NCBI GenBank assembly: GCA_002633005.1
Contig: NMRA01000718.1
Location: forward strand, 106,552-170,551
Direction of reading: 5' to 3'
DNA from: Phoronis australis
Lineage: Eukaryota > Animalia > Phoronida
Length of the DNA: 64,000 bases
Shown in pieces: positions 27,901-39,900 of the stretch (positions are counted from its first letter, which is position 1; each line of letters starts with the position of its first letter). Below the pieces are notes generated by a model. It was not told the origin of the DNA. It saw nothing but the letters and a program-made list of their open reading frames with translations, and did no database searches. The position numbers were made by a program, and so were the translations under genes.

Positions 27901-30900
27901 TTCTCACCCTAACCAATACTTATATAAAACTGAAACAAAGTTGCCTCATAAGTTGCAATTTGTAATGCCTTTGGAGTGTTTGTAAGTGCAAATGATTTGA
28001 GAAGTTAGCAATCAATAAATCACTGCATTACCGGCTTTAGGTGCAATAAAACTAATTGACGGGACACCGAGGCCATGTGAGCTCATGCTAATTTAGTGTT
28101 TGCTGGCAGAAACTGTTGTGAAACAACTTGATTTTGATCCCACGGCCAGGTGTTAGGGGAATCTTTATTTACATTTACATTACTCAAATAATGATTGTCA
28201 ACGTAAAACTTTTGCACTGATGGTGCTGTGGCCAAAGCGGAATTTGTGGCCCCTGACGAGTAAGTAGATTTGCAGTTTCGTGGCTAATTCACCAACATAA
28301 TCAGGTGCACATTAGTTTGGGTCACTAGTATAGTATTTTCTTGACTGGAAGTTTAGTTTCCACTGAACTTTGGCTGGTTTATGTTCGTGATGTCTGATCA
28401 GTTTCCAAGCCACTGGCAGGGATAACGAGTCAATCCGGACGGCCACGACGGGCCTGATTGGGCTCCGAGCCACTGGCCAGGCCAACAAGCGTTTTGTGTT
28501 TAGAACTAAAAAAATTCACAAGTCTAAACAACACAGATCTAGGTTCTCCTGTCTGTATCTCATGGAAAATACTTCGAAATTATCTCCGAACAGACCCCAA
28601 ACTCCTGCTACGGACCTTTTTGGCCTGCCGAACTTTGTAGGCTACGGTGTGTCCAAATACCAATAAATCCGTAAGAGCGAAATAAAACAACACGTTTTTA
28701 TAAAAACTTGGTGTATTTTTAAGGGTTTTACATCGAAGTTTGATGATTTATTGGTGTTAAACGATGACTTCAAGCGATAAGCTGACACCAGTAACCTGTG
28801 TTGTGAACTGCTGAAAAGACTGCGTGTGAAACGATGACGTCATTGGATAATTTCAACACTTCCGTCTGCCGTCAGGTGTCAGGTAACGCAACCATACGTG
28901 TCGTTATGGAGTAGAACTACTCCATCTAAATTGATACAAATTAGGTTGTTTTTTGGGTGGCATGCTCCTTTAACATTTACAAAACATTTCGCTATGCCAA
29001 TGGATATTTTAAATATGAGTCATAATTAAAGGCAAGGGGAACGCTTAATCTTAATTGTTAAATGTTCCAGGAATTTCATTCCCAGCTTTACTCTTTTATA
29101 CAACTCTTCCTAAAATATGGACTGTTTTAAAAACCCCTAGACCCTCACACCCAACAACCCCCTTGACCCACGACCCAAAACCCCCACGATCCACCACAAT
29201 GTCAACTCATGACACAGGGCAATAGAATCTGCGCTTTTTACAGATTTCATATTAATACCTACAAGCAAATCTGCTCTGGCTCAAGTCTGGTGATTGAAAA
29301 CAGAAAGTGTCGTAAGAGCATGATCTGAAATAGCGGGTGAGCTTACTATCGCTACAGAAAGAGTGCCATAAGCGGCTACCAATGACACTGTTCTACTAAA
29401 CTTAAGGAGAGATTATGATAACGTGAATGTACATCATTTTACATTTTTTTTAATTGCTTTGTCACATTACTTTTTTAGTTAACGGTTTGTTTGTTTTTCA
29501 AATTGCATTTACTGACAGAAACAAAATTATTACTTATTCGTCGGCTCCTCGCACTCTACCAAAAAGTCCGAATCTGCCATTCACTGAAGAGATGATTACA
29601 CTATGCCAGGAACAACATTTTGTAATGTTGGTAGGTCTTTGATTTGATTGCGTTTTTGTTTGTTTTTGCCGTTCAAACTTGCCAAATGACTCTCTAAACT
29701 GCAAAAAAAAACTTACCCGTTTCAACTCTTTTGACTTTAGTTGGGGTTGAACTGTTTCCAATAACTGTTTCTTCCATTTTAGCGAAAACAATTTCACACT
29801 CAGTTCCACTTTCCTCAAAACGCACTTTGTCGTCTTTCTTGAGGTACGCTTGCTCTATGACAAAGTTAGCCACCTTTGAGTAATTTTCCCAAGAATCTAA
29901 AAGTTGAACGATATCGTGTAATAGCACCACAAGAATACAAAACATTTGTGACTGAAGACTAAATCTCGATACTTAGAACATGTATATTACCCAAACGAAA
30001 ACTGATATTTACAGTTGACTTTTGGGATAATATGTAACCAGCACCTTCGGCAGCAGTCACTGTCAATGTGACTGTTTCCTGCAATTTGTAATTTGTAATG
30101 TGGAAGATGTTTCAAATTCCTCTAAGTTTACCGAAACCTCTAAAAAGAATGCAGTTCGCTTGCATTTACTTGTCCCTGTGTGCAAATGGCAATGTCCTGC
30201 ACATATTATTGCATGTCATTGACTTCAGGTAATCCACTACAAGAGGAAAACTTGCCTACCATCATCTTGGAATGTCCATTGTACGTGAGTTTGCAGCACT
30301 TCAGCCTGATCTTCTAACATGAGTCGCTGGTTTACAGAGTGCAATATCGACACAATGTCGCTCTTTGCTATCAAAACTTTATCATTCCTTCCACGTATAC
30401 GAATACGGTTGATCCTCTGCCTTTTCTCTACCTCTATCCAAACATTATGTTTGTGTTTGAGGGATTCTATAGCCTTTATCTGTAAGCAAGTTAACAAAAA
30501 AGTTTGAATTATTAAGGAGGCGCAGCATAAATCAAATCTAATATCCTTATATAATTAAGCTCTTTAAATGACATGGTATTTAAGACATAAATGGTGATTT
30601 TCTTACACATTATGCAGTAAGTCTGAAAAAGTTTATCTGATTAGAAGTACACATTTTTAAAATGTCAGACCAAATTTACCTTTCAGTTGAAACTTAATGT
30701 TCAGAAGATTTTGAGTCCATTACTGTTCCCTATATATGGACAAGTTAATCCCGCTTCAAGTAACTGTGAACTGTCTAATGATCTTAAATTCTGTTGTCTG
30801 TAACCCCTGTTCTGAAAGTAATTTCCTAAAAAATCTATTATTAATAATAATTGTTATTTCGTTGTCTTCAATTTTTTCACAAGATTTTTACTTTGAACAG

Positions 30901-33900
30901 AGTTTTTAAAAAATAATATTGTTCCCCCAATCATATTTGGTCTTTTGTTAACATGTTGATAATGGCATTTGCGAGGGAACCGTGACTCAGACTTTCATCA
31001 GGTTGCATTTTAATTATCCACTTTTTAGAGCATAAATAATTGCTAGATTACAAGTCTGAGCTTATCAGATGAAGGAAAACAATAAGAGAGCTGGACTTAA
31101 GTAAAGATTGGTTTGCCAGTGTCAAACTGATAAGGACATGGCTGTATCCAGACTGGCCGACCAGTCAATCCGGATACTCATTTCAATGCGCGGATAGTAA
31201 CGGGTTGGTCACAGCAGTTGACCCATCTGAAAATCAACGCTAGATTCCTATTGGATAAATTTCATGAAAATCTGTCCAGAGACACAGAAGAAACAGAGGC
31301 AAAATGTAAACTAAGAAAATTGCTACTAGGGCATACAGCTGCAACGGACTTGGAGTTACAGCTGCTGATGCCTGGACAGTGAAGGTGGCAATATGTAAAC
31401 TATATACATGAGGCAGCATTAAAACACATGCGGAGCGATCTGTCTGTGCCCGCTTCTGAATCATTAAAAAATCCTATGTGGCACATATGTGTTATACAAT
31501 GAACAATGTTTGTACCAGTGTATTTATTGTTAAACTTCCATTCATCATGTGCACATTAATGCAGGGCTCGAAATAACGAGCTGCAGGTCGCACTTGCAAC
31601 CTGAAATTTGGAAATGCTCGCATTAAGTCGCAAAATGCGACCTGGAATTTCCAACCTATGCGAGCTGAGTTTTTAAACTTTACGGCAGATACCTGGGATA
31701 TGTTGAGCAACTCGGGTGATTCCGACCGTTATTTGGTTGTTGCCAAATCAAGTTCAAAGAGAAAAGCGCTCCCGATGACTTGTGAACATTTTGCATGAAC
31801 AAGGGAATGCAGAATTGGTCTTTGACGCATTTTATTGACCAATACTTTCGGCTTTTTGCAAATTTCCAGATGTGCCGAAGAAAGTTTCGGACCTCGGAAT
31901 AAAACGTGATAGTACGTCACAAAGCAGCGGTGTTTCTACTAATTCTTAAACGACGAAATTACCGAGCTTAGTGGTGGAAAAACATTTATTTTCCATGTAA
32001 GGTGCCCTTAATATCAAATTACGGCAACACCCACGGCAATATGCCTGATTGTACTGCGACACTGGTCCGTTCCACTGTTAGCGCAGGAAAGCGGTCCCGG
32101 CAGACGATCATCGTGACTTGGAAAAATGCGTCTAGTTTTTTTTACGACGGGCATGCCTTTACGCGCTTTCGGCAGAATAGTAGAAACCCGCACCTGCGGA
32201 AATCATTTCGAGGCTTTTTATTTCATGGAAAACTAATTGACTACATACCGATAAACAGCATAAGTCCCACATTTTTTGTTGTGAAATTTTCAGTGAATTG
32301 TTTCCGCGTATCAATATGTCATTCAGCGAGTAGGCAACGTTTCAAGAATTTCTTCCGACAGGATGTTTTTTTCAAACGCCAAGTAGAAAAGTTTGGCCTG
32401 CGAACAAATGGAAGGAATTTGCACCCAGAGTTATTAATCTTTGGATCTTTAACGACTTTGATGACAGTCATATCGCAAGTCAGTCCTAGAAAAGTCGTGG
32501 ATACTTTTTCAACGAGTATTTTCGTCTTTTTCACGTTGCACACTTAGCTAATCAAATGCATGTCTCGGTTAGAGAGCACTGATTTAAGTTTCACGTCGGC
32601 AACTGCCTTGCGCTCCAGGGTCTTTCACTGGTTGGCGCCAGTGAAGAATGGTAACCGGTGTATGCATGATATGCTTGTAAGAACTCAGTTTTGCGACATG
32701 AAATTTGTAAGTATTTAACGTTGCAAGAGCATAATCTAGGCATTTTCTGATGATGTAAAAAGCCAATTTTGGTCCGTAAAGATGGCGGGAAATTTTCGCC
32801 ACCTGGAATTTATGAACGCGAGCTGGATTTTGAAAATGCGACCTAGGATTTTGGCTTGGTCGCAAGATGCGACCTGGCGATTTTCATAGCGTCGAGCCCT
32901 GTAATGCATTTGAACTTTGGCTTCAACTTAATTTATATACCTACAAGGCATGCATCTCAATCTAATCACCCACTGGTACAAACAAGAACACCCCATAGCT
33001 TATACAACTCATTTTATGACTATTACTGTAACAGCTTTTAATTAAAATTTGTCTTACATCTGTGTCAGTCAGCTGGCATATGGGGGCATATTCCTCACTG
33101 TCATTGGCATCCATTACTTCGTCCCTGGCTTCTTCTTTGCAACACTGTTTGATATCAGAAATTGCTTTTTCGATGGCCTGCATGTCTTCTCCAAATATTC
33201 GTAAATGCAGCTCATTCATCTGCGGTACACTGTACTTTTGATTGTCATCACCAGACTTTCCAGTAAAAAGACCAACAAAGCCGTCAACAGCCCCTATACA
33301 AAAGCAAGCATGCAAGTGTATTGGGCCAGAAAACAAAATGAACTTAACTGTTTGGCAGATCGTTACCTGAGTCATTTTGAAAAATGCGGGTCGGTGCTAG
33401 CAACAGGCAGTGCTGTGTAAATTAAGCCCAATTCCAACTTATTTCAGCTAGTTTCTGCTGATAAGGGATCCCACCCCAGCTGACATCATGTAACACTGGA
33501 CCATAAAAGGGTCCAGACTCATTTCAAGTGGTGGCACGGTCTTTTTAAACTGAAGCAAGGACGACTGATTGAATACCACATCACCAACCAAATCAGTTTT
33601 TGAAGAAAAAAAGAAGTCCAGAAGCAATAAGGTCATTTTTAGCCTTACACATAAATAAACAAAGTCATATAGTTTTAACATGTTTTATAATTGTAGTCGA
33701 CATTCAAGACTTAAAAAGAAATTGAGTTTGATAATCGACCTCAGGAATCAAAAGGCAATATCAGAGAACAATCTGAAATAAATGAGGAACTGAATTGAAT
33801 TCCTTCACTACTTTCAATCACTATTTGCAATTAATGCAAACAATGTCAAACCAAAAGTTGAACAGAATAAGCTTAAACAAGCTCAATTAAGACAGCTGTC

Positions 33901-36900
33901 CAGCATTGAACTTAATTAGTATATTAACCACTATCCTGCTCTAGAGGAGGTCATTGGCTTACCAATTATCCTATACAAGGTGATGGGTGTATTCAATCCC
34001 ATAAGATAAGCTGCAGCTGTGAGTGGTAGATGACTACATTCACCCCAGGACACTTGTGGTTTTCATTCAGAAATTTTGAGAGCCCCATATGTTGTTTAGA
34101 TATGTGAACACTTGCATTCCACAGTTCAGTTTCCTCTAAATTTCTCAGATTTAAACCACATGGCTATGATAACTAATTTGGGAGACATACTAGGCAGTTT
34201 TATGTAAGTGATATGACACATAGTTTGGTTATGGCTGTGGATCAGTTTATTTTCACTTTAAGGATATGATGAAGATTCTGAACAACTTTCATGCTGGACT
34301 ATTTTCCAATGAAACTGACATTTCCTCTTCAAATTTCTAATGAAAATGTTGGGTCATTAGTCTGGATGACCTTCATAAATGCTCAGTGCACAGCAGTAAG
34401 TGATAACCTACTTAGCTCAGCACAGAGGAACCATAGTCTGAATAGAGACTCAGCAGGATAAGGGTTAAGGTGTACAATTGTGATACTTACGCTTCATTAG
34501 ACCCTTCCTCCCACTTTTTTCAAGCATTTCATGCATCATTGTACGGTAAGATTTCACCAAATGCTGTTGGAAAATCACAATGTTTATGGAGCGTAACTGA
34601 TCCAGTTGTGGGGCTGAACTCCCAATAGCATCGAAGAGTTGGCGGGCATGGTCATTGATCTTTTGTGGTGACGCAGCTAGAACAGAACAATTTTGAGACA
34701 AATCATTAGACACAGAAACATGGCCTCAGGTACTGTTCGAACACGTGAAAGTCAAAAGTCTACATCATACAAGCCAAGCAGCACAGGCGTATACGGTCAG
34801 GCAGTTATTGATTTGACAAACCCTTTCTTGCTGCATCCAAACATGTTTTGCAGTGTACAACTAAACCTCATTTGCGACATGAAAGTCTTGACATTTTGTT
34901 ATTTTAAGTCACAAAAGCTGCTTCAATGAAAAGTTATGTACTTGACATCAGCATGCTATGAACATTCCCACTAAATAAAATTGGTTCTAACCCCAGTGGT
35001 TAAGGTAAACGGCGGGGTATGGAAAATTGAACTAGACCGTATTGATCCACCTTGGCTGAGTCGCACTCGGCTCACGATGAAAGGGATGCCGCCAGGCTGC
35101 TCTAGTCATCGAGTCACGAGCGAGGATAATTGGCTTCGCTCATGCGGATATGATCAGCTGATTACAATCTAGCTAGAAGACTGTACTTTTTATGGTGAGA
35201 GTTTTACGTAGTTTTTACTGTAATATTTGAAAAGAGGAGCGAAAACAAATATGAGTACAACTTTGAATTTTTCAAATCGGCCCAGGATAAGAGATTTTGC
35301 AACACAGCAACACTCACGATTACTTTCATTCGGCGCGCACTAATACAAAAATATAGGACCCAAGTTATTTAGATTTTGGAACACATGCATTGCAATATTC
35401 AAAATACTTTTATTATGAATCTTACAAGCTGTAAAACGACGTTGTTAATTTCATTGTGTTCATTCATTGTCATCCGTCAAATCGGCAATTTCCGAGATGT
35501 GATCTGCGGCGTGCGCGTATGTGTACAAAACACGTGATTGTTATGTTCCTGAAGTACGAAAATTAAGAAGGCTTTAACATGCCGTTATTATTGACAGGGA
35601 CACGATAAAACGAATTTGGATTTTGACTATAGTCTTGATACAGCGATCTGACTGACCACTGCGTCAGTGTCTCCGTTAGACCCAGAAATTTCACACAGCC
35701 CGGGTAGTTCATTTCGTCCCCAACATGTAGATCGAGCCTTGGACTATTAATACTCCACGGCAGAGCTAACGACAGTCGGCCTGTGCACACAAAATCTGTG
35801 AGTTAACCAGCACTCACCTTGCACGTTACAGCCGTTTAAGTGAAAAACAATCTAGTAAACGCCATTTTCTTGCATAATCCTCCGCCTTTTGTAACAAAAA
35901 AGTCTATCGTCGATGACCCGCACACGCACGCTCACTCACTCTCATACACAGACGACCTTCAAAACAAACGTCACGTGACAACAACATGTGTGTTCATCCA
36001 GAGATTTTTCTCTTGTTGTGGAGTACGATGTAGCGCACATTTGGACTTAATCGCAATTAATCTGGACTCCACATGAACTTTAAAAATTGTAAAACATCAG
36101 GAAGATTTCAGGTAATTTGTTGAGTCGAAACTATATTTTTATTCAAGAGTACAAGTTTTCCTATTGACGATGGCGATTCAGCGGCGACGCATCAGTCGGC
36201 AAGTTTTCGCCCTGTGATGAGCACAATTTTTTGAAAAATTATCGTAATTTAACAACGGAAGTTCATAGCAATGCACCACAATTTTGTAGAAAGACTGTAA
36301 TAGGCTAAAAATTCGTCACAAAGCGTAAATTTTATGAATTCTAGCTTCCGATTTTACCAGTTTGAGAAACCGGCTTTCAACTGCCGTAGGCTACAATAAG
36401 AATCCCCTCCCCGTGAAATGATTTTTTCTAAGCGTTTATTAGAGCCAATACATTATACAGCTTTCCACCAAGGCTAGGTGATACTATGATATTATTCTTT
36501 GTTGCATTAGTAACTGGTCTTGGCTAATATTATCATTTTATGGCCTGGTCATCCATTCAGCCAAAAGTAGTTCCAGAGGTGGCTTATCAGCCAATTATTC
36601 ACGCATGCTGACTCACAATAGAAGCCTGATAAGAGTGAAGGTGGATAAATGCGGTGTTCCTAGTTTCTTGTTTTAGTGGATGTGTTCACGACATGAGGTT
36701 TTTCAATTGACGCAACTACATTTTCAATTGAAATTTTGTACCGAATAGCTGACTAATGTTTCAAAGGGTTGGCTAATTAATACAACCCAACGTTAAAAAA
36801 GCTTTCGTAAAATTGGCGAGAGAGTTATTTTGCTATAAAATTGTACCTTTTCCTGCACATGAAAATTTGACTTAAAAAACATGGTCACGAATAAAGACAC

Positions 36901-39900
36901 CACAGTACGATACATCGAATCCTTGATTCTTCTCCTTTCAGAAAATATATACTTTTAATGGTTCACAAAGTATAGTTTTTCGATATTCGAGAGTTGAGGT
37001 TGTTTATTAAGGTCCTAGGTTGATTCAAAAATCCTCAATTTCTGTAGTCACAAATTTTTCTTTGGAATGCATGACTGCTCCTGAAGTCATCAGTGCAGAT
37101 AAATTCAAATCCCATAGAAGGCGTACATTAAGCTGACAGTCACTTAATTGATTTCTTTTCTACCAAAGTGTCAATAAAAAGTATAGGAACAGTTTATCAC
37201 AACTCATCTTTTATTTCGTTACTTTATGATTCCTTTCATGATATATACGTGGCTTTTCCAATTCATCAAGATAAATAGAACCGAATGACAAAGATTTAAG
37301 CAAGTTAAGCAAAATTATGCATTGACACATGCAATGGCCTTATCTTAGCAGAACCTCTTACAGACTGACCTTTTTACCGATAGTGAGAGACGTCGTATTC
37401 ACAAAGGATTGTGGGATAGCATTCATCATGAGCAGTGTCACCAGCAGAATATCATTATGTGGAGATTATACTTCTTGTTAGTGCACTGTAGTATTTTTGA
37501 ATCTAAATATTGTACTATGCACTTAGTAAAGTGAACTTCTGACACCTTCAATTGCAGTGCTCCAGATACAGATTGTATGTGTACGTCTGCTGAAGGTGCT
37601 ACTTAAGGTGGTCACTATCTCACCATCCATAACAAGGTCAGTGAGTTCTGACAAGGTATATAACATGTCGCTCAATGTGGCCAATATTTCTTAATTAAAA
37701 CATAAAGAGCTATTTTCAAACAACTTCAGAAAAATTAGACGGGTTCAGCTTTCAAAGAAGATTTTTGAAAGTTGTGGATGTTTGTTGCCAAAAATCGAAA
37801 AGATTTTTCACATTCAACACCACTGACAGCTCTTAACACAAAATGCATTAAAAGCTGCTAACAAAACGAGTTTACACAAAGTTATGAATTAATAAAAAAT
37901 AATGAAAGTTACAGCGCCATACCTGTACCAATAGCTGGCATACTCAGAGAGGTAATGCCATGTAAATTGGCAGCCTGTAGCACGTTCTTAACTGCTTCTG
38001 AGGTTGTTTTATCCTGAACGTCAACATGAACAATGTGCTGACAAGATAAACTACCAGCATCAGTGATTGCACATCCATCTTTGGACAACCCTAGAACAAA
38101 GAGCATTTGATTGGACACAATGCTTTCCTTAGAAAGGAATTTGTGGCAAATGTTTGAATATTGTTGATACAACAATAAGGTTAAATGTTAACCCGTCTTA
38201 AATATTGTAGTGATTAATGCTTTCTTTGCATCCATATTGGAACTTGGAAAAGACTTAAATCTGAATAAGGAACAAGAAAGTTTATTACTCTGGTAACTCA
38301 TGTACTTGATCACTGAACATAAATATAAAAAACTAGATTCAAACCTGTGTATGCTTCACAAGGTGTGAGTATACAAATAAAACATAGCAATTGTACTTAA
38401 TGCTTAGACATACTAAGTACTTAACTATCATCAGGGTCACATCACTGTCAAAAGGAATGCCTATTTCCATAAACTACCATCAAAGAAGTACAGGAAAACA
38501 CTTTTCATTATCGGTAAACATTGTTTGTACAAATAAATCTCACATAACACAGAGGTCAGTGAGGGGCTACGGAGAATAAAAAATGCGAACTCAAGGTAAC
38601 TATTTGTGGGAAGAAAAATACTGGAGCAATGCAACAGAATTCATTTACTTGTCAATACTACTACTTCTGAATTACAAAAAACAGTTGTATTGAGAAAAAG
38701 GGAGATAATACCGTCTTAATTTTCTTCACACTTGTGCAAATACAAAAATATAACATAACCGAAATCAGAATTTTATCCTAGGACATACTCAGCTCTTAAC
38801 TATCATCAGAGTCACATCACCAGCAATGGGATGCCTATTTCCATCAACTACCCTCAAAGAAATACACGAAAGCATTTTTCATCATCAAGAAACATTGAAT
38901 GCATAAATCTCACATAACACAGAGGCCATGGAGGGGGCTATGGAGAATATGAAATATGCAGATACCTGTTTATAAGTGGATGAACAATTGAGCAATGCAA
39001 TAGAATCCATTTACTTGTCAATACCAACACTTCTGAATGACCAATAAACATTCCTGTTTTACTAATAATGAGTTTAAACTGAAAAAGTAATTTTAGCTAA
39101 ACTTGCCTCAAATCCCACCCATAAATAACTTTTTTTAATTGTTCTTGTCTTGGATAGTTTATTTGTTGTTGTTTCCTCAGTACATGCACCTAGATACAAG
39201 TTTTTTCAAACCATGTACTAACAATTTAAAGTTGGGGGCTACGGAGAATACAGGGGCTACGGAGAATACGGAAGACATTTTTGCTTATGATCAATTCAAA
39301 TCCAGGGCTTGGTCTAATATTTTTGTGGGCCAAAAATAGCTTCAAGATTCTCAATATGCAGTATCAAACATCTTTTATTTGTGGAAGAATTTAATGGAAT
39401 TCAGACAGGGCTACGGAGAATTCACAGTTTTTCTTAGGTGATTGTGATATTTGGTTGAGGAATGCAATCAATAGGACATCTGGTACAAATATGTGTTTTC
39501 TAAATCAAATTCTATATACCATCAACCATTAAAAACGCAGTTCAAACCACTAGTAATACTTTTCATTTTCAGCCATGGCTATAAGAGAAGAAACGCATGC
39601 AAATTTACGTGTTTTGCATAACATTGACATCATTTTGCAAGTGTGCCTGAAAATTGTGTCTGACTTTTCAGACCCCTGCAATTTCCTGAAGAAAAACAAG
39701 AAATACATGTGAGGATCATGAAAAACATTAAATTTCAATGAAATGTGTGATTTAATTAAATGCCATGTGTATTAAAAACATGGAATGTTTCAGTGAAACA
39801 AAATAACGATGGATTTCTGTGTATTTTCAGCTATATCAAGGATTACTCTGGCCATAATTAACATTTTTTCACACTGCTTAAAGGTCATAAGTATCGGTGC

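Noticed and set aside
32002-32547. 181-aa ORF
   Set aside because: It lies inside a non-autonomous hAT-like element, starts at GTG and has no recognisable motif.
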